Shown one piece after another: positions 48,144 through 57,522 of a stretch of DNA of 64,000 bases; position 1 is the stretch's first letter; each line of letters starts with the position of its first letter. The translations under genes were made by a program, and so were the position numbers. Under the pieces are notes generated by a model. It ran no database searches, was not told the DNA's origin, and was given only the letters and a program-made list of their open reading frames with translations. Source of the DNA: Lachnospiraceae bacterium (GTDB lineage Bacteria > Bacillota > Clostridia > Lachnospirales > Lachnospiraceae); assembly GCA_022766245.1 (NCBI GenBank), contig JALEPL010000031.1, positions 4,336-68,335 of the forward strand, in the 5' to 3' direction.

Positions 48144-48806
48144 CGTTTTCTCACTTTCGTTCTTCTGTACCTCCCGCTCCCGCATGGAGAACACACATCC
48201 GCAATAATCCTGCCGGTACATTTCATATTCCTTCGAAATTTCCACAGAACGTTTGTATCCATTCCGCTTCTTAAAATCTGACAGGAGATATGCCACACCA
48301 TACTCCTCGGACAACTTCATTCCGATTTCATTGAGCTTTGCCGCATTTTTTAACGGACTGATGGACAAAGTTGTGGTAAAGTAGTCAAACCCTCGCTCCA
48401 CTGCCAGCTGAGCCGTTTTTTCCAAACGCAGCCTGTAACAGCCAAAGCAGCGCTCGCCGCCTTCCTTCACCTGCTCTAATCCCTTCGCCATCTCATAAAA
48501 AGCAGCTTTCTCAAAGTCTCCCTCTATAAACTTCACCGGATATTTGGTGGGAAAACGCCGTATAAACTCCTGCTGTTCTTTCACCCTTTTCACATATTCC
48601 TCGTCCGGGTAGATATTGGGATTGTAATAAAATACCGTGATGCGAAAATACTGCGAAAGATATTCGATCACATAAGAGCTGCAGGGCGCACAACAGCTGT
48701 GAAGCAGCAGCGTAGGAGCTTGCCCTTCCCTCTGCAGATTTTCAATCGTATGGTCCAATTCCAGCTGATAATTCGTTCCCATTTGTATCTCCTGCGCCTC
48801 TTGCAC
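48132..48806 (-). CDS. queH: Epoxyqueuosine reductase QueH
   Basis: LLHSCCAPCS, YNPNIYP.EEY, EGGERCFGCY..RL, TTLSISPLK, YRQDYCGCVFS. Confidence 0.9.
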   Translation of the reverse strand: MQEAQEIQMGTNYQLELDHTIENLQREGQAPTLLLHSCCAPCSSYVIEYLSQYFRITVFYYNPNIYPDEEYVKRVKEQQEFIRRFPTKYPVKFIEGDFEKAAFYEMAKGLEQVKEGGERCFGCYRLRLEKTAQLAVERGFDYFTTTLSISPLKNAAKLNEIGMKLSEEYGVAYLLSDFKKRNGYKRSVEISKEYEMYRQDYCGCVFSMREREVQKNESEKTVSV

Positions 48807-48967
48807 TCTCTTTCCTTTTCCGTTTATGTATTACGTATTGATAAAAGCAGAAAAGGAAATAATCTCTTGGTATTATACCTAATTTATCTTCATAAATCAA
48901 ATATACTTTCACCGAATCCGTCTGTTTTTCATATCATTTATTATACCCTCCGTTTCCAGGTGACTTT

Positions 48968-49735
48968 ATGCAATCGATTTTAGAATTATCCAATATAGAT
49001 TACTATTATCATACCGTATCTGGAGAAACAAAAGCTCTCTCCAACATCAGCTTTTCCGTCACACCGGGAGAATTTGTGGCGATTGTTGGTCCCAGCGGAT
49101 GTGGAAAATCCACTCTCCTATCCCTGATTGCCGGTCTGTTGACACCCAGCAATGGTGAAATATCCTATCATGAACATCCCATTGCACCGGAGGACACCCG
49201 ACAGATTGGCTATATGCTGCAAAAGGATCATTTATTGGAATGGCGAACCATCAAAAAAAACGTGCTGCTGGGACTGGAAATCCAAAAGAAACTCACCGTA
49301 GATACGCTCTCCTATGTGGAGCAATTACTTGACACCTACGGACTCTCGTCCTTTGCTGACAAGCATCCCAGCGAACTTTCCGGCGGTATGCGTCAACGTG
49401 CCGCTCTCATCCGTACCCTGGTGCTAAAGCCGGATCTGTTACTCTTAGACGAACCTTTTTCTGCCCTGGACTATCAGACCAGACTAAATGTCAGCAACGA
49501 TATCGGAAACATCATACGAAAAGAACATAAAACAGCTATTTTAGTCACCCACGATCTTTCGGAGGCCATTTCCATGGGAGACCGGATCATCGTTCTAAGC
49601 AGCCGCCCGGGACGAATCCGCCGCATTATCCCCATACAGTTTTCACAAGAACTCACTCCCATGGAAAAACGCAATGCATCCGAATTTAAGCATTATTTCA
49701 ATATGATATGGAAGGAATTTGAACGAAATGGTTGA
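48968..49735 (+). CDS. ABC importer ATPase (SsuB/TauB-like)
   Basis: GPSGCGKST, LSGGMRQR, LLDEPFSALD, VTHD. Confidence 0.92.
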   Translation: MQSILELSNIDYYYHTVSGETKALSNISFSVTPGEFVAIVGPSGCGKSTLLSLIAGLLTPSNGEISYHEHPIAPEDTRQIGYMLQKDHLLEWRTIKKNVLLGLEIQKKLTVDTLSYVEQLLDTYGLSSFADKHPSELSGGMRQRAALIRTLVLKPDLLLLDEPFSALDYQTRLNVSNDIGNIIRKEHKTAILVTHDLSEAISMGDRIIVLSSRPGRIRRIIPIQFSQELTPMEKRNASEFKHYFNMIWKEFERNG

Positions 49736-50531
49736 GCAGTCACAGGCCCAGGCCTTATATATAAAAGATCTCAAACGCCACAAGAGAAAAGTCCGTTTTT
49801 TTCGGATTCTGATACTGGTGATTTTTCTTGCACAGTGGGAAATCACCGCTGCCTTTCACATTGTGGATCCCTTTATATTCAGCAGTCCATCCCGATTGAT
49901 ACACTGCTGTTATGATATGCTTCTTCATAACTCTTTACTTTATCACATTGGCATTACATTGTTCGAGACCCTGGTCAGCTTTTTTCTGGTGACACTTTTT
50001 ACCATACTCATCGCAACGATTCTCTGGCTCAGCAAAGGAATCTCAGAAACGCTGGATCCCTATCTGGTGGTATTAAACTCTCTGCCCAAATCCGCCCTGG
50101 CACCGCTATTAATCGTGTGGCTGGGCGGCAACTATAAAACCATCATTGTCACAGGCATGTCTGTGGCTATCTTTGGTTCCATTCTGAGCCTCTATACCAC
50201 CTTTCTCACTATGGATGCCGATAAGCTGCTTTTAATCCGTACGCTGGGCGGGACAAAAAAGGATGTCCTTTTCAAAATTCTGATTCCGGGCAATATTCCG
50301 GTTATTCTCAGCATCATGAAGGTAAACATTGGACTTTGTCTGGTGGGGGTAATCATCGGAGAATTTATTGCTGCAAAAAAAGGACTGGGGTATCTGATTA
50401 TATACGGAAGTCAGGTGTTTAAGCTTGACTGGGTCATTCTGTCCATCCTGATTCTCTGTATCATTGCCATGACACTCTATCAGCTCACCAGTTCCATCGA
50501 AAATAAATATGTGAAAATGAGAAACCACTAG
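49719..50531 (+). CDS. ABC importer permease (SsuC/TauC-like)
   Basis: PFIFSSPS, NSLPKSALAPL, GVIIGEF...GLGYLI. Confidence 0.9.
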   Translation: MNEMVEQSQAQALYIKDLKRHKRKVRFFRILILVIFLAQWEITAAFHIVDPFIFSSPSRLIHCCYDMLLHNSLLYHIGITLFETLVSFFLVTLFTILIATILWLSKGISETLDPYLVVLNSLPKSALAPLLIVWLGGNYKTIIVTGMSVAIFGSILSLYTTFLTMDADKLLLIRTLGGTKKDVLFKILIPGNIPVILSIMKVNIGLCLVGVIIGEFIAAKKGLGYLIIYGSQVFKLDWVILSILILCIIAMTLYQLTSSIENKYVKMRNH

Positions 50532-50541
50532 ATACCTGTAT

Positions 50542-50590
50542 AAAAAAACAGTGGATGGCCGCTCCGAAAAGGAACAGCCTCCGCTGTTTT
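50542..50590. terminator. Bidirectional terminator
   Basis: aaaacagtgga.ggc...gcctccgctgtttt hairpin between convergent genes. Confidence 0.65.
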
Positions 50591-50604
50591 CTTATAACTG
50601 ATTT

Positions 50605-50649
50605 TTACGGTCTCATCCGCAAGGGATTCGGCCTGTTCTGAACAGTTAC
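50605..50649 (-). repeat. Second-subfamily hairpin repeat copy
   Basis: Reverse complement matches 30916-30960. Confidence 0.8.
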
Positions 50650-50662
50650 ACTGCTTCTTTTA

Positions 50663-52144
50663 TCATGGAATCCATGCTCCGTCTGCACCAACCCATGATT
50701 GACCGATTCGTGTATTGGATGCCATCGCTCCGCTGGTGTAGCTGTAATACCATTTGCCATCTGCCTCGTACCATCCGGTAAGCATTCTGCCATCCGAATC
50801 AAAATAGTACCATGTACCAGCGATATTGCACCATCCGGTAATCATAGCACCACTTTCCGGCCGCAAATAATACCAATGACTACCGGTATACAACCATCCG
50901 GTTGCCAGATTGCCATCTTCCGGATATAGAAAATACCACTGTCCATTATAATCCAGCCATCCCTCTACCATATCTCCGCTATCCGGCGAGAAATAGTACC
51001 ATACTCCATCTATTTTATGCCAGCCAATCATCATGGTTCCATGTGTCCCCAGATAATACCATCTTTCGCCCAGCCTTTTCCATCCCCTGCACTGATATCC
51101 CCGTTCATCAAAATAAAACCAACGACCATCAATCATCTCCCAGCAATGATAAGGATAGCTTCCATCCGGTCTCTTATACCACCATCCGTTGTCGTCATAT
51201 TCCCAGCTTCCGCCAAGTGTAATGACCGCATCTTCATTTTGTTTGAAATAATTGACGATTCCAATTGCATCCGCAACTCCCAGCGCCTTCAGTTGTTCTT
51301 CACTGCTGAGATAGTACGCTCTGTCACCGGGATTATTGATGTACGCATGCTCAACCAGTACTCCCGGTATTCCCTTAAGCTTACTCCAATAATTGATTCC
51401 CAGATAATCAGCCACCGTACCATCAAAATAGTAAGTATCATTGGACATTCTGGTTTTACAGCCATTATTCGGCAGACCCAACCCACACAACTCTGTCAGG
51501 ATACTCTCTGCCGCACGATATCCCAAGCTGCTCATAGCCGCATTGTAATTACCATTTGGGTAATATACTTCCGCTCCGCTCTGGGTGGTGGTATAAGACC
51601 CCGTGGCATTCAAATGCAAACTTACCAAAAGATCTGCGTCCTTTTCCCAGGCATATTCCACCCGATCATCCCGACCCATGCAATCACTGCTATTATCGGT
51701 CCGTGTCATATACACCGTAAAACCGGGATGTTTTTCCAGTTCCTCTTTACAATAATAGGCAATACTGAGTGCGAGATCACGCTCCACATAACCATCCCGA
51801 CACGCACCGCCATCCGCACCACCATGACCCGGATCCAGCACCACCACAACTTCCCTTACAGGTTCTTCCTCTGTGTCCCCTGGTTCTTTTTCTGTACTCT
51901 CCGGTTCCTGCTCAGACGAATCTCCTTTGTCTGCATCGTTTTTCTCTGTAGATTCTTCCCCTTCCGTTTTCTGGGACTCTTCTGATTCCACGGCCCCATT
52001 CGGAGTCTGCTCTGTCTGATCCGGATTCTGTTCGGCTATAGCTTCCGTGCTCTGTTCTGCAAATGCAATAGTCATGAAAGGAATTTGTCCCACGATTGCC
52101 ACTGTCATCAAAAATGCAAAGCCTTTTTTTATCTTATGTAACAC
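50663..52144 (-). CDS. N-acetylmuramoyl-L-alanine amidase (Amidase_3) with cell-wall-binding repeats
   Basis: Signal peptide (probable GTG start at 52144), acidic linker, LDPGHGG, VERD, SLHLNA, LVEHAYINN; C-terminal WYY..G.M repeats. Confidence 0.93.
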   Translation of the reverse strand: MLHKIKKGFAFLMTVAIVGQIPFMTIAFAEQSTEAIAEQNPDQTEQTPNGAVESEESQKTEGEESTEKNDADKGDSSEQEPESTEKEPGDTEEEPVREVVVVLDPGHGGADGGACRDGYVERDLALSIAYYCKEELEKHPGFTVYMTRTDNSSDCMGRDDRVEYAWEKDADLLVSLHLNATGSYTTTQSGAEVYYPNGNYNAAMSSLGYRAAESILTELCGLGLPNNGCKTRMSNDTYYFDGTVADYLGINYWSKLKGIPGVLVEHAYINNPGDRAYYLSSEEQLKALGVADAIGIVNYFKQNEDAVITLGGSWEYDDNGWWYKRPDGSYPYHCWEMIDGRWFYFDERGYQCRGWKRLGERWYYLGTHGTMMIGWHKIDGVWYYFSPDSGDMVEGWLDYNGQWYFLYPEDGNLATGWLYTGSHWYYLRPESGAMITGWCNIAGTWYYFDSDGRMLTGWYEADGKWYYSYTSGAMASNTRIGQSWVGADGAWIP

Positions 52145-52168
52145 CCTGACCGTCCTCTTTCTTACTTC

Positions 52169-52247
52169 GTATCTGTTCAGTACTTCACAGATCCGATTCG
52201 CCACCCCATGAAAATTGCCTACGCCGAAGGGGTTTGCTCACGAATCC
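52169..52247 (+). repeat. Third-subfamily hairpin repeat copy
   Basis: gtatctgttcagtacttcacagatcc-gattcg...cgaatc; aligns with 48093-48143 (minus). Confidence 0.75.
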
Positions 52248-52251
52248 TTTT

Positions 52252-53229
52252 TCAGATTTTCTCTTCTGCTTTTGAAATTTCATTTAAGAATAATTTCTCA
52301 ATCAAATAGTCTGTTTTTGTCTGAATACCTTCCATACACTCCCGGGGGATAAATCCACCTGCCATAAAAGGATGTCCTCCACCGGTACCGTATCCCTTCA
52401 ATGCATTTGAAACCACCATTGCCGCATCCACATTGATTTTGGCACTGCGCACCGAAAACTTAATACCATCCGACCGAATCGCATAAACTACGGAAAAGTC
52501 CACAACATCCAGTGATAGAATAAAATCTGAGATCACTGCAATCAATGCATCCGGACAATCAAATGGAATCGCTGCAAATCCGGTCTCTCCATATACATGA
52601 ATATTGTCTATGGCCGCACCATAAGCTTTTAGATCGGAAAACTCCATGACATTGGTATACATCCGGGAAATATATTCCGGATTACACTGCTCAAACACAA
52701 AGGAAAACATCTCCGCATCCAGTGAGGTTGCCCCCCGCACAAAGTCCGCCGTATCCATCTTAATTCCATATGCAAGACAGCTTGCAACCTCCGGCGTCAT
52801 TTCTGTTTTTGTCGTATAAAAATATTCTGCAATAAGTGTAGCACAGGCTCCCACCATACGCACGTCTTTATAGGCATATTCACAGGCAAAAACAGTGGGA
52901 TGATGGTCAATACAAGCCACCTCATCCCCTATGAAATCCGTCAGATTCGCATTGTATTTCTGCGAATCCACCGTCACAATATAGTCCTCCTCCCGCATGT
53001 CCGAAATCTCATCCTTTGACAGAATATCAATTCCAAACACCTCAAACATTTTTCTGGTACTCAGCTTCTCGATACGTCCATCATAACAGATATCAGCCGG
53101 AATCCCGTGCTGCTTTAAAAAATACTGTAACCCAAATGCACTGGCAATAGCGTCAGGATCTGGAAAATTATGTGTCTGAATGTATGTCTTATGTCCCTTT
53201 AAAATTTCAACCAACTGTATAGGATCCAT
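52252..53229 (-). CDS. DHH/DHHA1 phosphoesterase (NrnA-like)
   Basis: HNFPDPDAIAS, VTVD, IDHH, GIKMDT, GGGHPFMAGG. Confidence 0.9.
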   Translation of the reverse strand: MDPIQLVEILKGHKTYIQTHNFPDPDAIASAFGLQYFLKQHGIPADICYDGRIEKLSTRKMFEVFGIDILSKDEISDMREEDYIVTVDSQKYNANLTDFIGDEVACIDHHPTVFACEYAYKDVRMVGACATLIAEYFYTTKTEMTPEVASCLAYGIKMDTADFVRGATSLDAEMFSFVFEQCNPEYISRMYTNVMEFSDLKAYGAAIDNIHVYGETGFAAIPFDCPDALIAVISDFILSLDVVDFSVVYAIRSDGIKFSVRSAKINVDAAMVVSNALKGYGTGGGHPFMAGGFIPRECMEGIQTKTDYLIEKLFLNEISKAEEKI

Positions 53230-53259
53230 TTCATTACTCCTCATATATGTACTTGTTAC

Positions 53260-53284
53260 GCAACTATTCAGTACTTCATAGTTC
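53260..53284 (+). repeat. Head fragment of the hairpin repeat
   Basis: gcaactattcagtacttcatagtt; a near-identical fragment (18 of 19) lies at 32061-32079. Confidence 0.6.
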
Positions 53285-53706
53285 TACTTATTTTTCTCTG
53301 CCTCAAACTTTAATGTAAAAATCCCCAGTCCATAGCAAAGCACTGCCAGAATCATAAACACAACCTGAGAGACCAGTCCGCCCAGCAAAAGCTGCGCCAC
53401 CAATACAACCACATGAAGCCAGACAGGAAGATTATGCAGGCATGCAGCCATCCCTGCTTCAATCAAAAGCACTAATACCACAGTCAGAACCGGTATATGA
53501 AATACCGTGATTCCCAATATCATAGTCAAAACCGCAAGCAAACAAAAACCACATAGACAGATGACTGCACGATTTTCCAAAAAATCTCTGAATTTCTGAG
53601 AAAAATTTTCCGAATTTTTCTTCTTTGACGGGTCATTTTTGACCAGAATAATCTGTTTCTTTCTCTTATCGTTTGAACCTCGGGAACGAAACTCTTTTAT
53701 TTCCAT
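53284..53706 (-). CDS. Hypothetical membrane protein
   Basis: Basic N-terminus followed by 3-4 hydrophobic helices; GGAG SD upstream. Confidence 0.65.
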   Translation of the reverse strand: MEIKEFRSRGSNDKRKKQIILVKNDPSKKKNSENFSQKFRDFLENRAVICLCGFCLLAVLTMILGITVFHIPVLTVVLVLLIEAGMAACLHNLPVWLHVVVLVAQLLLGGLVSQVVFMILAVLCYGLGIFTLKFEAEKNK

Positions 53707-53830
53707 ACAACAATCCTCCAGTTAATTTATTTTCTCTGTTGCTTTCTTCCAAAAAAGCAGAGTGATATAAACTGATTATAGCAATAATCCTTCCATGGCA
53801 CAACTTTTTTTAGGATTTTAAAAAAAACAA

Positions 53831-53859
53831 TTGCAAAATAGCAAGTTTGTCTATATAAT
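53831..53859 (+). promoter_or_regulatory. Sigma-A promoter of the tRNA gene
   Basis: TTGCAA (53831-53836), 17-bp spacer, TATAAT (53854-53859). Confidence 0.75.
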
Positions 53860-53880
53860 ATACAGGTGTCCGACAGGCAT

Positions 53881-53953
53881 GCCGATATAGCACAGCAGGT
53901 AGTGCACTTCACTCGTAATGAAGGGGTCATCGGTTCGAATCCGATTATCGGCT
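53881..53953 (+). tRNA. tRNA-Thr(CGT)
   Basis: Cloverleaf: acceptor GCCGATA/TATCGGC, D arm GCAC/GTGC, anticodon arm CTTCA-CT(CGT)AA-TGAAG, T arm ATCGG-TTCGAAT-CCGAT; CCA not encoded. Confidence 0.96.
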
Positions 53954-54020
53954 TTTCTTTTTTGATAAATCTCACAATGCACGTTTCGTGCACTTTTTCC
54001 AGACCAATTTACATCATTTC

Positions 54021-54153
54021 GTAACTATTCAGTTCCTTCATAGTTACGAGCACAAATCCATGCAAAATATGCTGGACAAATGGATTTGTGCTTGCCAGAT
54101 ATACATTTTTTCACGGCATCCGCAGTAAATGCGTATGCCTGCTGAACAGTTAC
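54021..54153 (+). repeat. Complete 133-bp MITE/REPIN-like element
   Basis: 12-bp terminal inverted repeats gtaactattcag / ctgaacagttac (one mismatch), flanked by atcatttc / atcattttc. Confidence 0.9.
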
Positions 54154-54181
54154 ATCATTTCATTTATCAGGAGGTCTTTCT

Positions 54182-55090
54182 ATGACGTACCAGCTTTTCA
54201 AATCTTATATCCGTGACCATATATGCAATGCATTTCCGGAGGGAACCACTGTAAACATACAGTCTGTCCAGAAGAATAATCAGGTTCTTTTGGATGGACT
54301 AACTATTATGGAATCCGATTGCAATGTGGCCCCTACGATTTATCTGAACGACTATTATGCAGATTATTGTAATGGTGCCAGCCTCGAAGAAATCATCAAC
54401 CGTATCATGACGCTGTATCAAAGTGCAAAACCGGATGCACCCATTGATATTTCCTTTTTTACAGATTTTGAACAGGCCCAAAATCATATTATGTTCAAGC
54501 TAATCAACTATGAAAAAAATGAGAATCTTTTGAGGGATATTCCCCATTTTTCCTACATGGATCTGGCTATTGTGTTTTATTGCATGGTAGAGTCCCGCAG
54601 CACAGGTAATGCTACAATCCTGATCCGCAACAATCATCTTTCTCTATGGGACATCTCTGCAGAAGTCCTTTACCAATATGCGAGACGTAACACGCCCACT
54701 GCACTGCCTCCACTTTGTCAGCCTCTCACCAGTATGCTGATTGACATACTGGGAGAAGAGGCTGTCCCACCCGATCTTTGTAAAGTAAATGACACGGAGC
54801 ATGTACCGCCTCTTTTTGTTCTCACCAATGAGAAAAAATATTTTGGGGCCTGTACCTTACTGTACCCGGATAGTCTGAAACAAGTAGCCACTCAGCTGCA
54901 ACAGGATCTCTACATTCTACCCAGCAGTATCCACGAAGTACTACTGCTTCCTGTGGAGACGCAAATGAGCCCGGATGAACTCTGCGAAATGGTACGCGAA
55001 GTCAACCAGACTCAATTAAGTCAAGAGGAAATCCTCTCGGATCATATTTATTATTATTCTCTGGATCGGGATACCCTTCGCATGGCCTGA
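54182..55090 (+). CDS. DUF5688-like protein
   Basis: KNNQVLLDGL, APTIYL, KLINYEKN, DLAIVFY, YFGA, YILPSSIHEVLL, LSDHIYYY. Confidence 0.75.
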   Translation: MTYQLFKSYIRDHICNAFPEGTTVNIQSVQKNNQVLLDGLTIMESDCNVAPTIYLNDYYADYCNGASLEEIINRIMTLYQSAKPDAPIDISFFTDFEQAQNHIMFKLINYEKNENLLRDIPHFSYMDLAIVFYCMVESRSTGNATILIRNNHLSLWDISAEVLYQYARRNTPTALPPLCQPLTSMLIDILGEEAVPPDLCKVNDTEHVPPLFVLTNEKKYFGACTLLYPDSLKQVATQLQQDLYILPSSIHEVLLLPVETQMSPDELCEMVREVNQTQLSQEEILSDHIYYYSLDRDTLRMA

Positions 55091-56533
55091 TTACGAAAGA
55101 CGATCATACAGGTTCTCGTATGCTCTGGCAGACTTCTCCCATGAGAAATCCTGTTCCATACCCCGACGCATAATTCCATACCAGCTTTCCTTATGGTCGC
55201 TGTAGACCTGATGCGCATCATAAATTGCGTCTCTCATTTTATGTGCATTATAGTCCCGGAAAGTAAATCCGGTGCCGGTTTCATCACACGCATTGTAAGG
55301 GATGACTGTGTCTTTCAGACCTCCGGTCTCCCGCACAATGGGCACCGTTCCATAACGCATGCTCATAAGCTGGCTTAGTCCACAGGGCTCAAACTGGGAT
55401 GGCATCAACAGTGCATCTGCCCCAGCATAAATGCTGTGTGCCAATTCTTCTGAATAGGTAATATTCGCCTTCAGCATATCCGGATAACGCCACTCAAAAT
55501 GCTTTAGCATATTCTGATATCGCTCTTCACCGGTTCCCAATACAATGAGCTGGATCCGGCCATCAGACAAAAGCTCCTCCATCATATAATCTATCAATGC
55601 ATATCCTTTTTGCTCCGTGATACGGGATACCATTCCCACCACCAGGAATTCCGGATCATACGGCAGTCCCATCTTTTGAAGTAATGCCTTTTTATTTACT
55701 TCCTTTCCCGCCACCAGATCATTTTCTCCGTAATTACACGGAATATCCGGATCCGTAACCGGATCATATACATGATTATCAATACCGTTTAAGATTCCAT
55801 GAAGCTTATATTCATGGTTCTGCAACACACCATTCAGCCCCTCGCCTCCCTCAGTGGTCAGTATATCCTTTGCATAGGTGGGGCTCACTGTAGTGACCGC
55901 ATCTGCATAGATGATACCACCCTTCAGGTAATTGGCTTCGCCATAGGCTTCCAGCTTATCCGGTCGGAACAACGCATCCGGCAAGCCGGTAATATCCCTT
56001 ACAGTCTGTAGATGAAACCGACCCTGAAACTGTAGATTATGTATGGTCAGAATTGTCTTCATATTCTGATAAAAAGCGTCTGCTTTGTAGCACTGTTCCA
56101 GATAGACCGGAACTAATGCTGTCTGCCAGTCGTGACAATGCAGGATATCAGGCATATAGGAAAGCCTGGGCAGCGCTTCTAACACCGCCTTGGAAAAAAA
56201 TGCAAACTTCTCCACATCCTCATAAATATTATGATACGGCTGATCCCCGGCAAAATAATACTCATTATCTACAAAATAATAGGTAATACCATCTGATTTC
56301 GCACTTAAAATCCCCACATACTGTTTGCGCCATCCCAAATCTACATAAAAATGCAGCTCATGGTGCAACTTCTTTTTATCCTGCTCATTCATACAGGCAT
56401 ATTTGGGAATAATCACACGAACATCATATTGATTCGAAGCGAAATATTTGGGTAATGAACCCGTAACATCGGCCAGTCCACCCGTCTTAATATATGGAAT
56501 AGCCTCCGATGCTACAAAAAGTATTTTTTTCAT
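55091..56533 (-). CDS. glgA: Glycogen synthase
   Basis: KTGGLADV, HCHDWQT, TIHNLQFQG, GILNGID, SRITEQKG, PSQFEPCGLSQL. Confidence 0.96.
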   Translation of the reverse strand: MKKILFVASEAIPYIKTGGLADVTGSLPKYFASNQYDVRVIIPKYACMNEQDKKKLHHELHFYVDLGWRKQYVGILSAKSDGITYYFVDNEYYFAGDQPYHNIYEDVEKFAFFSKAVLEALPRLSYMPDILHCHDWQTALVPVYLEQCYKADAFYQNMKTILTIHNLQFQGRFHLQTVRDITGLPDALFRPDKLEAYGEANYLKGGIIYADAVTTVSPTYAKDILTTEGGEGLNGVLQNHEYKLHGILNGIDNHVYDPVTDPDIPCNYGENDLVAGKEVNKKALLQKMGLPYDPEFLVVGMVSRITEQKGYALIDYMMEELLSDGRIQLIVLGTGEERYQNMLKHFEWRYPDMLKANITYSEELAHSIYAGADALLMPSQFEPCGLSQLMSMRYGTVPIVRETGGLKDTVIPYNACDETGTGFTFRDYNAHKMRDAIYDAHQVYSDHKESWYGIMRRGMEQDFSWEKSARAYENLYDRLS

Positions 56534-56606
56534 GATGCACACCCCCGACAACACGTTTTCTCTTTTCTCATTATACTCCAATCCGGATTTAAAGAAAAGA
56601 AAAAAC

Positions 56607-56625
56607 GTATCTGTTCAGAACAGAT
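56607..56625 (+). repeat. Minimal head fragment of the hairpin repeat
   Basis: gtatctgttcagaacagat, immediately after the spo0A stop codon. Confidence 0.5.
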
Positions 56626-57432
56626 TTATGCGTGTACTTTATACTCCAGTCGAATCCGATCGGCTATTAATGCGATAAACTCTGAATTAGTAGGTTTTCC
56701 TTTGCCGTTGTTAATGGTATATCCAAACAATTCGTCGATGGTGTCCATCTTTCCTCTGCTCCAGGCAACCTCAATTGCGTGACGAATCGCACGCTCCACC
56801 CTGCTGGGCGTGGTCTGATATTTCTTGGCTATCGTGGGATAAAGAATCTTTGTGATGGAATTCAGCATATCAATGTCATTGACAGACATGATAATCGCCT
56901 CTCTCAGATACTGATACCCCTTAATATGTGCGGGAACACCGATCTCATGAATGATATTCGTGACATCACTCTCCAGATCCAGTTCCTCTGTATTCGTCTG
57001 CTGCTTTTCATAGGCTCGGACATGTTTACTATCGTTCGACTGTTCTCTAAGTGCCGGCTTTCTGGTATTCTTGATACGATTAATGACAATATCACTGTCA
57101 AAGGGCTTCATAATATAGTAATCTACGCCCAGATTAAACGCATCCTCTGTAATCCGGTCCTGACCCACGGCACTGATAATAATAAATCGGGGATATTTCT
57201 TTATCGTTTTGTCGTTTCTCATGCGCTCCAGAAGAGATAACCCATCCATTTTAGGCATTACAATATCCAAAAGCATCACATCAGGCTGCTTCTGTCGTAT
57301 CAGTTCATAGGCTTCCTGTCCATCCTTGGCCGTACCTACCAACTGAAGTTCCTCATCTCCTGCAATAATTTCATCCAAAAGTTCTACCATAATCTCATTA
57401 TCATCTGCAATTGCTACATTCAGTTTTTCCAT
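56626..57432 (-). CDS. spo0A: Sporulation master regulator Spo0A
   Basis: Receiver ([20 protein letters not shown]) plus [14 protein letters not shown]...[12 protein letters not shown]...KPTNSEFIA. Confidence 0.98.
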   Translation of the reverse strand: MEKLNVAIADDNEIMVELLDEIIAGDEELQLVGTAKDGQEAYELIRQKQPDVMLLDIVMPKMDGLSLLERMRNDKTIKKYPRFIIISAVGQDRITEDAFNLGVDYYIMKPFDSDIVINRIKNTRKPALREQSNDSKHVRAYEKQQTNTEELDLESDVTNIIHEIGVPAHIKGYQYLREAIIMSVNDIDMLNSITKILYPTIAKKYQTTPSRVERAIRHAIEVAWSRGKMDTIDELFGYTINNGKGKPTNSEFIALIADRIRLEYKVHA

Positions 57433-57495
57433 AGAACCCTCCTACTACTTTCGGTGAAGCTAATTGATATCTTAATAATATTTTAATATGAGAAA

Positions 57496-57502
57496 TGTCG
57501 AA
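57496..57502 (+). promoter_or_regulatory. 0A box upstream of spo0A
   Basis: Exact TGTCGAA, 64 bp upstream of the spo0A start. Confidence 0.65.
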
Positions 57503-57522
57503 AGTTGTCACTAATCTTGATT

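Noticed and set aside
53727-53993. 88-aa minus-strand ORF
   Set aside because: Antisense to tRNA-Thr and its promoter; a typical spurious call.
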